Shown here: in pieces, positions 10,401 to 17,247 of the stretch | How the letters are laid out: every line of letters begins with the position of its first letter | How positions within the stretch are numbered: the first letter of the stretch is position 1 | The notes under the pieces: model-generated | What the model was told of the DNA's origin: nothing | What the model saw: only the letters and a program-made list of their open reading frames with translations | Databases searched by the model: none | Position numbers and translations under genes: made by a program | Origin: a virus | Lineage: Duplodnaviria; Caudoviricetes | Direction: 5' to 3' (one strand) | Virus record (IMG/VR): IMGVR_UViG_3300005758_000106 | Span: 1 to 33,519 of that record | DNA: 33,519 nt

Positions 10401-11160
10401 TACTGATCAGATTGTTTCCGGTTGGCATAGTGCTATAACAATGCAAGGTTGGCACAGTGGTTATGCAGCATGGCAATTGATTGGTGGAGCTACAACGTCT
10501 ACTCATGAAAATTGGTATTTACGTAGTGGAATCAATACTACCTGGAATAGTTTGAGAACAATTTTACATTCTGGTAACTATTCAAGTTATGCACTACCTT
10601 TAAGTGGTGGTACTATTTCTGGAACAATAACAGTCAATACCGGAGATGGTGTTCGTATATTCAAGGATGGTGGTTCATCAATAACTTCACAACTTTATTT
10701 TGCAAATGCGAATAATAGTCGTGCTTATAACTGGCAACTTGACGAAAACAGTAATGCTGCGCTTTGGGGTTATGGTGGAGCATCTTGGGCAAAGCTACTT
10801 ACTATAACAAGTAGCGGTAGTTTTACTGCTGCTGGAAACGTAACAGCGTATTCTGACGAGCGCCTAAAAACTGATTGGCAAGAATTACCAGTTGACTTTA
10901 TTGAGCGTTTAGCTAAAATTAAGCATGGTACTTATAGTAGAATAGATACTGGCGAAAGACAGGCTGGTGCATCTGCACAAGATTGGAAAGAACTTTTACC
11001 TGAAGTAGTTAAAGCTGATTCAGATGAAAAAGCTATTCTTTCACTAGCTTATGGAAATGCAGCGGTTGTCGCAGCAATTGAGCTTGCTAAACGAGTTTTA
11101 GAGCAAGAAACACGAATCAAACGACTAGAATCACTAGTTGAAAAATTAATTGGAGAATAA
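7495..11160 (+). CDS. Long modular fibre protein 2 with C-terminal peptidase S74 intramolecular chaperone
   Basis: 1221 aa. Mtd_N-like N-terminus (IILKKSS....P...LDFGELAINYADGKIYFK). Eight VLH.GNY..Y.LPL.GGT-type linkers. GNVTAY|SDERLK at 10852 followed by AQD...LPE.V and a terminal coiled coil. Confidence 0.88.
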   Translation: MPNKIILKKSSVSSKVPLSTDLDFGELAINYADGKIYFKKSNGTIDAFSSGTGASKIVYTLTNPTNEAWYTIASNNNITESDVSGVFYVYDQNYLASHVKFTADTDAGYGYLSVSSNSGYGSISKIRLVNTGATFLVQIQINGTTGSPNFFFENTTGVNTWTPVNWTLDNTSYTASQIKAEIDILGKTSSLIHAGEIYSGNLKTQYRVLNTGNYSGYALPLTGGTLTGVLRGPGAAFTGFGTGVTGGNLELGFDGSQVVLQGYNRTTSAYLPMWLESSNLRIGINGSSRVTVDANALNSQVSIQQSGNQVLHAGNYTSYSPSVTGTGASGTWGINVTGASNGLASTGYGEGRLTWLQQDAGFQTWNGGWASHLISNHGNGSSYYNQTLILPFWGPPQYMRKEGGTDVGPWVFLTTENYSNYSLPLSGGTISGNLGLGTNPDLRLSVSGDAHISGYLYMGGSAGIYSTWGSREYTTSGLRYFNASSYEFNNSGYGSTFTFTIDSTRLAYKSNTVLHAGNYSSYALPLSGGTVTGVLNATGGSKIVVQNSQDGGTGRGLYLWNSGDTNWVIYMGQAGAGKSASGGTAATGIDGRGEHHIRSRVAAGTGQGFIWENNGEIALMQLTSDAGNLYTRGQIYAGNSTSNLVLHTGNYSSYALPLSGGTLTGAINMVGTQKITNAGFAGVEYWNSSSIWEGYIGTENNSGNLRYNSRQGTHTWYANGTFIGSLSAAGLNTSGSETRAINFVFPSSYNGTGYGNLIERINFPWYSEYWDIGVRRGGATDIQSMEWWLNGSSKRMELTRDGVLYVNGNTALHAGNYTGFDGNLRALGANDGVDFNATAYNSMYYAHIASSSNKPTSYSYPYGTILTFDPGLGVGGRAQFYVSHAGNDLIFRGGWGAAGWNSWNKVLTDQNYTNYSPSLTGAGASGTWGINITGSSASAGWSTYNQILDTRAGQLTPNDYQGYRVTYEFTDQIVSGWHSAITMQGWHSGYAAWQLIGGATTSTHENWYLRSGINTTWNSLRTILHSGNYSSYALPLSGGTISGTITVNTGDGVRIFKDGGSSITSQLYFANANNSRAYNWQLDENSNAALWGYGGASWAKLLTITSSGSFTAAGNVTAYSDERLKTDWQELPVDFIERLAKIKHGTYSRIDTGERQAGASAQDWKELLPEVVKADSDEKAILSLAYGNAAVVAAIELAKRVLEQETRIKRLESLVEKLIGE
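9043..9476 (+). repeat. Direct repeat pair (9043-9080 and 9439-9476) encoding the fibre linker
   Basis: GGCAA(C/T)TACTCCAGCTACGCCCTCCCGCTAAGCGGCGG, 37/38 identical, 396 bp apart. Confidence 0.9.
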
Positions 11161-11161
11161 T

Positions 11162-11536
11162 ATGACTGCAAATTTTGAAATTATCGTCAACCGAATCCTT
11201 ACTGGTACAGTTGGTGAGTTAGTTGATGTAATTAAGAAAGTTGAATTTACAGTAAAAGGAACTGAAGAAGGTCAGTCGTTTGAATTACCTCAAATTGTCG
11301 ATCTAACAGAACCTGAAGCTGCATCTTTTAAACCTCTATCTGAAGTAACACAAGATGATGTTGTCAGTTGGATTGAATCTAACTTCGATAATATGGATGC
11401 TGTTGAAAGTCACATCCAGATGGTATTAGATAAAGAAGTAGCCAAGGCTGCTTTAGAGTCTAAGCCTCTACCTTGGATTCCTCAAGAACCAGAGGTTACT
11501 GAAGGTGCTGATGGTACTCAAGATATTCCAGAATAA
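11162..11536 (+). CDS. Small fibre-associated protein (possible assembly factor)
   Basis: ATG at 11162 with SD GGAG (11152-11155) is preferred over the TTG at 11150. Motif SFKPLSEVTQDDVVSWI...PLPW is typical of small proteins downstream of S74 fibres. Confidence 0.7.
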   Translation: MTANFEIIVNRILTGTVGELVDVIKKVEFTVKGTEEGQSFELPQIVDLTEPEAASFKPLSEVTQDDVVSWIESNFDNMDAVESHIQMVLDKEVAKAALESKPLPWIPQEPEVTEGADGTQDIPE

Positions 11537-11545
11537 GTTGATATC

Positions 11546-11580
11546 GGAGGATACCCTTAATTGGGTATCTTCCATTTTGT
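11546..11580 (+). terminator. Intrinsic terminator
   Basis: GGAGGATACCC-TTAATT-GGGTATCTTCC followed by ATTTTGT. Confidence 0.75.
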
Positions 11581-11614
11581 TATTTAAAGAAAGTAAATTA
11601 ATAGGGGATTATAA

Positions 11615-14179
11615 ATGACATTACCATCATCTGGTGCAATTTCGATGTCTCAGGTAAATACTGAGCTTACTAAATCGTCAACAGCCCTTATTTCTCTAAA
11701 TGATACAGATGTTAGAACATTAGCTGGAATTCCTTCTGGTACTATTAGTTTGGGTAGTTTATATGGTAAAACTTATGCTGCTCCATCTGCTGGTTGGAAA
11801 CTTTCAAATATAGGTATTGGTGATGCTTCATCAACTTTCTATGGAATAGCATATTCTTCATCAGTTAATAGATGGGTTACTGTTGATAATAACTCTAATG
11901 TTTTTTATAGAACTGGTGAAGCAATTAACAATAGAGGAAATGATTGGCAATGGGCTGGTCAGATAGGTGTACAAGCAACCCCTGGTACAACTACATTTGG
12001 TGCAGGTAGATTTGTTATCCTAAAAGGATTTGGATATCTTGATTATTCAAGTGATGGAATAAATTGGACTTCTACCACACATCCTCATTCTGGTTCAATA
12101 TCGTTTACAACTTTTAGTAATAATTTATTTGTAGCAGTTGGTTCAAGTGGTGTTATCATGACTTCTTCCGATGGAATTACTTGGACAATTAGAACTTCAG
12201 GTACTACAGCTTTCCTCAGATGGGTAGGAAGATTTGGTTCATATTTTTATGCTTGTGGAAATAGTGGAACTATTCTTAGATCAACAGATGGTTTAAGTTG
12301 GACTTCAGTTGGACCGGGCGGATCAATCGCACTAAGTCAAATTGCATATAATCCAGCAAGTGGAAGATTAGTTGCTGCTGGTAGTAGTGGAACATATTAC
12401 AGAAGTGATACTGGAGATAGTGGTAGTTGGACAAGTGGTACAATTTCTGGTTACGGTACTAACGGAATGACTGGTACGGTTTACGTAAATAATTTATTTA
12501 TGGTTACTGGAGTAAATGGTTTAACATATACTTCCGCAGATGCTATAACGTGGTCACAATTGAGTAAAGGTATAAATTTTGCAGGTATTTTTAATACTAT
12601 AAATAATAGATTATTTAATCTTGGCAATACTACTAGTACACTAATATTGGAAGTTAGAAATAATACTTTTGTACCTGTAATGATTTCTTTAAATATTGGA
12701 AATTCGGTAGCAAATGATAATTATCCAATATATGGTGCATACTCTTCTGGTCTTGGTATGTATTGTTATGGTGTTGGCTTCAATGCTATGATAAGTAGAG
12801 ATGGTAGTTATTGGAGATTTATTGATACAGGAAATACTTCCGGTACTGCATTATCTACATCTTGGGTCAATGGGAGATTCGTTATTGCTTCTACCACTAA
12901 AGTAGTAAGTTCTACAGATGGTTATAATTGGGTTGTTGGTTCTGTAATTTCTGGTGCAACTAGATTAAATAATGTAGCATTTGGAAATAGTTTATATGTA
13001 GCTGTAGGTGCTGGTGGACAAATTTTTACTTCCCCAGATTTAACTACTTGGACAGCACGAACTAGTCCAACATCGAATGAGTTATGTTTTATATTATATG
13101 AAAATTCTAGATTTGTAGCTGTTGGTTTTAATGGTACTGCTATATATTCAACAGATGGAATAAATTGGAGCTTAGGTAGTACTGGAATCAGTGCTCCACC
13201 TGGAGGTTATCCAGCAGGTCCAAGAGGATTAATTTGGAATGGTTCAGCATTTGTCACAATATATCTGAAGACAATTATATCTTCAAGCACTGGAGCTTCT
13301 TGGACTAATCATGGAGATGCACCTGTTACAAACTGGGTATCTGCTTTTATTGGAAATGGTTCAAAATATTATGCTTTTGATTATTATGTTTCAAATAATA
13401 TATATGAATCTACCAATGCTACTACAGGTTGGACTTTATCCAAAAATACAGCAGATATGCATGGTTATTTTACTCAAAGCTTCGCTATTTTAGTTAGAGG
13501 TATTGTTGGTGGTGGAAATAAAACGACAGCAATGGGTGATCCTGGCTTAATAGTTACATATTCTGATGATATTATTAGATCATATAATGGAGTAAATTTT
13601 CCAACCTTAAGTTCCAATGGTGTACCATCTTGGCCTCCTAGCGGCTGGACTTCATTACAAAATGCAAGCTCAGATGATGCTTTCGTTACTGTTCCATTAC
13701 CATTTACTTTTAGATTGGGTAATCAAAGCTACAGTAGTGCGTTTGTTGGATCAAATACATATGTGACATTTGGTGCTGGTTCGACAGCATATAGTAGTTT
13801 ATCTGCGTCAAATCCACCACAGCCAAAATTTCATCTAGGATCAGCAGATAATAGCTATCAGCGTGTAGCCTACCTTACATCAGGAACTGACTTTGTAAGG
13901 ATTAGATATGAAGGTAATCAGTCCACAAGTGGCACTCTAGGTTCCCCTGGTATTGTTTATGAATTGACATTCTACAATCCAGCAAAAACTGGAAATAGGC
14001 AGGTTATTGAATTTAGAACAGGTGTTCATGGCAGACTGACTGGACAATTCGGTATTGCTCTTTCTGGATCATATTTAGCAACAGGTGTACCATTGATGGA
14101 TAATATGAGTTATGTATTTACCAGCGATTTCAACGGTACAGTTTGGGATATTTTCCCAGGTGCCTATGTAGCATTTTGA
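11615..14179 (+). CDS. Putative fibre-tip adhesin: gp38-like N-terminal attachment segment, Asp-box beta-propellers, NIDO-like C-terminal domain
   Basis: 854 aa. N-terminus MTLPSSGAISMSQVNTEL...ISLND.DVR.LAG..SGTISLGSLYGKT. About 11 S.DG..W Asp-box repeats. DDAFVTVPLPFTF......YSSAFVGSNTYVTFG from 13673. Confidence 0.7.
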   Translation: MTLPSSGAISMSQVNTELTKSSTALISLNDTDVRTLAGIPSGTISLGSLYGKTYAAPSAGWKLSNIGIGDASSTFYGIAYSSSVNRWVTVDNNSNVFYRTGEAINNRGNDWQWAGQIGVQATPGTTTFGAGRFVILKGFGYLDYSSDGINWTSTTHPHSGSISFTTFSNNLFVAVGSSGVIMTSSDGITWTIRTSGTTAFLRWVGRFGSYFYACGNSGTILRSTDGLSWTSVGPGGSIALSQIAYNPASGRLVAAGSSGTYYRSDTGDSGSWTSGTISGYGTNGMTGTVYVNNLFMVTGVNGLTYTSADAITWSQLSKGINFAGIFNTINNRLFNLGNTTSTLILEVRNNTFVPVMISLNIGNSVANDNYPIYGAYSSGLGMYCYGVGFNAMISRDGSYWRFIDTGNTSGTALSTSWVNGRFVIASTTKVVSSTDGYNWVVGSVISGATRLNNVAFGNSLYVAVGAGGQIFTSPDLTTWTARTSPTSNELCFILYENSRFVAVGFNGTAIYSTDGINWSLGSTGISAPPGGYPAGPRGLIWNGSAFVTIYLKTIISSSTGASWTNHGDAPVTNWVSAFIGNGSKYYAFDYYVSNNIYESTNATTGWTLSKNTADMHGYFTQSFAILVRGIVGGGNKTTAMGDPGLIVTYSDDIIRSYNGVNFPTLSSNGVPSWPPSGWTSLQNASSDDAFVTVPLPFTFRLGNQSYSSAFVGSNTYVTFGAGSTAYSSLSASNPPQPKFHLGSADNSYQRVAYLTSGTDFVRIRYEGNQSTSGTLGSPGIVYELTFYNPAKTGNRQVIEFRTGVHGRLTGQFGIALSGSYLATGVPLMDNMSYVFTSDFNGTVWDIFPGAYVAF

Positions 14180-14192
14180 TTGGGGGGATTAA

Positions 14193-14477
14193 ATGGAAAT
14201 TTCATATGAATGGTCAATAATTCGTAAAATTGATTATTTAAACGATAAAGATTATTCTGTAACTGTAAATTGGTTTAAGATTGGAACAGACGAAAGAGGA
14301 ATGCAGGCGTTTGTTTCTGATCTGGCTTATTTTGATGTTAAAGAAATCGATGAAGATTATATTCCCTGGCAAAAGCTTAGCGAAGATAAAATTATTGAAA
14401 GAGTAATCCATAGTTTATCTGAAGAGGATCGTATAAGAATAAATTCTGAGATAGAAAATCAATTAAAAGCGATGTAA
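14193..14477 (+). CDS. Small protein, probable distant paralog of 11162..11536
   Basis: 94 aa. DYIPWQKLSEDKIIERV aligns with SFKPLSEVTQDDVVSWI. G-rich SD. Confidence 0.65.
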   Translation: MEISYEWSIIRKIDYLNDKDYSVTVNWFKIGTDERGMQAFVSDLAYFDVKEIDEDYIPWQKLSEDKIIERVIHSLSEEDRIRINSEIENQLKAM

Positions 14478-14480
14478 TTA

Positions 14481-14509
14481 TTGACGAAACGTATTCGTTA
14501 TGCTATAAT
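14481..14509 (+). promoter_or_regulatory. sigma70-type promoter with extended -10
   Basis: TTGACG (14481-14486), 17 bp, TATAAT (14504-14509), TG at 14501-14502. Confidence 0.85.
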
Positions 14510-14537
14510 ATCTTTTTAACCACAGAAAGGAAATAAA

Positions 14538-14690
14538 ATGGAAAAAGTAACTCTAAGTAAAGAACTAGTAATTGCTATGCTAAACTTTCTAGCCGAACAA
14601 AAACTGAAGGATTCAATTCAGTTATTTATCGCTCTAGAAAAAGAGGCAGTACCACAATTACAAGTTCAAGCTGAAAAACTAGAAGAATAA
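14538..14690 (+). CDS. 50-aa helical protein missed by the ORF track (MEKVTLSKELVIAMLNFLAEQKLKDSIQLFIALEKEAVPQLQVQAEKLEE)
   Basis: SD AAAGGA, own promoter upstream, terminator downstream, CTA-rich Leu codons like the capsid genes. Confidence 0.85.
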   Translation: MEKVTLSKELVIAMLNFLAEQKLKDSIQLFIALEKEAVPQLQVQAEKLEE

Positions 14691-14694
14691 TATT

Positions 14695-14724
14695 AAGGGC
14701 TGCTAAATGCAGTCCTTTTTATTG
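14695..14724 (+). terminator. Intrinsic terminator
   Basis: AAGGGCTGC-TAAAT-GCAGTCCTT followed by TTTATT. Confidence 0.8.
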
Positions 14725-14727
14725 CAC

Positions 14728-14756
14728 TTGATTTTCCTTCAATAATATGATATAAT
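14728..14756 (+). promoter_or_regulatory. sigma70-type promoter with extended -10 (head operon)
   Basis: TTGATT (14728-14733), 17 bp, TATAAT (14751-14756), preceded by TGA. Confidence 0.85.
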
Positions 14757-14786
14757 AATGTTTGTATTATGCTCAATGGGAATATT

Positions 14787-15563
14787 ATGGAACAAATTAA
14801 TAAAGCTAAGAGTTTTGCTCCCACGGAAGCTATGAAGAATAATGCCAAAAGAGGATTGGACTTGCGTGAAAAATGGAATCGTGGAGGTTTAAGTGCTTCT
14901 CAGGCAAATCAAGAAGGTGTAGGTTCTGGAGTTGCCAGAGCTAGAGATATTATCAATGGTAATTTATCTTTGGCTACTGTAAAACGCATGCATGCTTTCT
15001 TTAGTAGACATGAAAAGAATTTCGCACCATCTAAAAAAGAATCAGACGGTGGTCCAACCGCAGGTACTATTGCTTGGTATTTATGGGGTGGTTCTGCTGG
15101 TAAAGCTTGGGCTAGAAGTATTCTTAGACAAGAAAAATTATTAAAAGCTGTCGATACTGAGCTAAATCAAAATATTGAAGATTTAAAAGAAAAGCTATCT
15201 GTAAGTAAAGCTGTTAATGAAGAATTGAAGCAGGTAACTTATGTTGCTATGCTACCTGATAGTGTTGACCTACACGGTGATTATACATCCGAAGAAGAAG
15301 TTAGAAAAGCTAAGGAATCTTTCAATAGATCAAATATGCAAGCTAACTTATTTCATGTAGCGATGACCGATAAGTTTTCAGTTATCGAATCGTACCTTGC
15401 TCCTGTAGATTTTATTCTAGGAGATAACTTTGTGAAAAAGGGTACTTGGTTGATGACACTGCAAGTTCATGATGATGACGTATGGACTTTGATTAAAGCG
15501 GGTGAAATTAACGGAATTAGTATCGGTGCGTTAGCATCCGTAGAAACAATTGAAGAGGAATAA
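14787..15563 (+). CDS. Prohead protease (XkdF-like putative serine protease) with an extra N-terminal domain
   Basis: C-terminal PDSVDLHGD...ANLFH...VIESYLAP...VKKGTWL...W..IK.GEINGISIGA is XkdF-like. ATG 14787 (SD GGGA) is preferred because 14769 lies only a few nt from the predicted TSS. Confidence 0.8.
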   Translation: MEQINKAKSFAPTEAMKNNAKRGLDLREKWNRGGLSASQANQEGVGSGVARARDIINGNLSLATVKRMHAFFSRHEKNFAPSKKESDGGPTAGTIAWYLWGGSAGKAWARSILRQEKLLKAVDTELNQNIEDLKEKLSVSKAVNEELKQVTYVAMLPDSVDLHGDYTSEEEVRKAKESFNRSNMQANLFHVAMTDKFSVIESYLAPVDFILGDNFVKKGTWLMTLQVHDDDVWTLIKAGEINGISIGALASVETIEEE

Positions 15564-15565
15564 TA

Positions 15566-16771
15566 ATGACACGTAAAGCTAAGCGTAAGCTTTCTAACAT
15601 CGATTTTGAAACTGAAGGTTCTCATATCGCTCTAGTAAGCAAGCAACAAGGTGGTCCAGCTTCTGGTGCAGATTATGCACTCGTTATGAAAGCTAAAGGT
15701 TTTAGTCAAGAGTTCATTGAGAAAGTACAGCAAGTTCGTGTAACAATGGAACTACCTGATTTTCTGCGTAAGTTTTTTAGCTTATACGGTGAAGATGCCG
15801 AAATTTTAGCTCGCATGATGGGTTATGAATATCCTGAATCTGAGGAAAAAGAAGTAGCTGAAAGCTATGAGGATTACATTGAATCTAGAATGGAAGCTTT
15901 CGAAATCATCAAAGCTGCATACGAAACTGATAATCTAGCTTCTGTATTATCTGAACTAGATGAAGATGAATATATCGCATTGCTAAAAGATCAAGAGCAA
16001 TTAGAAAAAGCATTCGAACTACTAGAAAAAGCATATAAACCAAAAGTTGGCGATATGGTTGAATGGAATTCTAGTGGTGGTAAAGTAAGAGGTAAAATTG
16101 AGCATGTAATGACTGAAGGTACTTTAGGTGTTCCTAATACCGAGTTTAGCATTAAGGCTACAAAAGAAAACCCTGCTGCTTTAATTAGAATTTATCGTGA
16201 TGGTGAACCAACAGAAACTTTAGTTGGTCATAAAGCGAGTACCTTGAAGAAAACAGCCAAGGTAAAGAAAGAATCTAAGCTATCTGCAAGTTATGCAGAG
16301 GCTGATGATACCTCACCCGCTAGCGAGGTTAATGATAAAGAGGTGTCTGCCTCTATTAATAAGGAAAACTTGGAGAAATCTAAAATGGATGAAAACCAAA
16401 AAGAAATGGTAGAGAAAGCCACTCTAGACCTTCTACAGAAGTCTTTTGACGAACAGAAGGAAGCTCTAGAAAAAGCTCTAGAAACTCTAGCTCAATTTGA
16501 AGCTGAAAAGAAAGCTGCTATCGAGAAAGCCCGTAAGGATCAGGTCGTGGCTGCTGTAAAAGATGCTGCTAAAGCTGAAGTTCTATTTAAAGCAGTCAAG
16601 GATGCTTCTGATGAAGATTTCCAAGCTGTAGTTAAAACTCTAACAGAAATGCAAGAATCTGTAGAGAAATCCGCTCTATTTGAAGAGCAAGGTGCTTCCG
16701 CTCAGGAAGAACCCGTTATTCAAGAATCTGCTGTGGCGAAATTGCTAAAAGCCAAGCAAGCTGTTAAGTAA
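15566..16771 (+). CDS. Head scaffolding-type protein with inserted DUF2945/HVA1-like Tudor domain and probable internal start at 16385
   Basis: 401 aa, E/K/A-rich coiled-coil C-terminus, located between protease and decoration/capsid genes. KVGDMVEWNSSGGKVRGKI...ATKENPA...VGHKASTL at 16034-16252. Confidence 0.7.
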   Translation: MTRKAKRKLSNIDFETEGSHIALVSKQQGGPASGADYALVMKAKGFSQEFIEKVQQVRVTMELPDFLRKFFSLYGEDAEILARMMGYEYPESEEKEVAESYEDYIESRMEAFEIIKAAYETDNLASVLSELDEDEYIALLKDQEQLEKAFELLEKAYKPKVGDMVEWNSSGGKVRGKIEHVMTEGTLGVPNTEFSIKATKENPAALIRIYRDGEPTETLVGHKASTLKKTAKVKKESKLSASYAEADDTSPASEVNDKEVSASINKENLEKSKMDENQKEMVEKATLDLLQKSFDEQKEALEKALETLAQFEAEKKAAIEKARKDQVVAAVKDAAKAEVLFKAVKDASDEDFQAVVKTLTEMQESVEKSALFEEQGASAQEEPVIQESAVAKLLKAKQAVK

Positions 16772-16801
16772 TTTTAATTTAATTTATATTGGAGAATTAA
16801 T

Positions 16802-17200
16802 ATGGCCAACCCATTTGCCACAGAAGCAAAACGCCTATCTAACGTAGTTAAGCAAGAACTATGGCCCGAAACTGGCTACTGCCGTGAAACCGTAGTATAT
16901 AACGGCGCTGCTGCTACTCTAGTCCCTGGTACTGTACTAGGTAAAGTAACTGCTACTGGTAAGTATCAGATCGCAGTTCAAACCGCCACCGATGGTTCTG
17001 AAGTACCTGCTGCTATCGTAATGGTAGAACAAGCTGTTGCTGCCACAACTGATACTAAAGTTCTAGCTCTAGTACAAGGCCCAGCCATCGTTTCTAAAGC
17101 CGGTCTAGTACTAGACGCTACATATAACACCGCTGGCGAACTAGCTGCTGTATATGCTGCTCTAGAAGCTAAAGGTATTGCTTGCAACAATGCTGTCTAA
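16802..17200 (+). CDS. Head decoration protein (lambda gpD-like)
   Basis: 132 aa directly before the capsid gene. LVPGTVLGKVTATGKY...DGSEVPAAI motif, SD GGAG. Confidence 0.85.
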   Translation: MANPFATEAKRLSNVVKQELWPETGYCRETVVYNGAAATLVPGTVLGKVTATGKYQIAVQTATDGSEVPAAIVMVEQAVAATTDTKVLALVQGPAIVSKAGLVLDATYNTAGELAAVYAALEAKGIACNNAV

Positions 17201-17247
17201 TCAGTATTGATTGTAACTATTGAATAACTAATTAAGGAATAAATAAA

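Noticed and set aside
7495-14179. Diversity-generating retroelement or invertase shufflon acting on the fibres (suggested by Mtd_N-like N-termini and repeats)
   Set aside because: No reverse transcriptase or recombinase in the window, no template/variable repeat pair with adenine-specific mismatches, and no inverted crossover sites. The repeats are direct, in-frame coding linkers.
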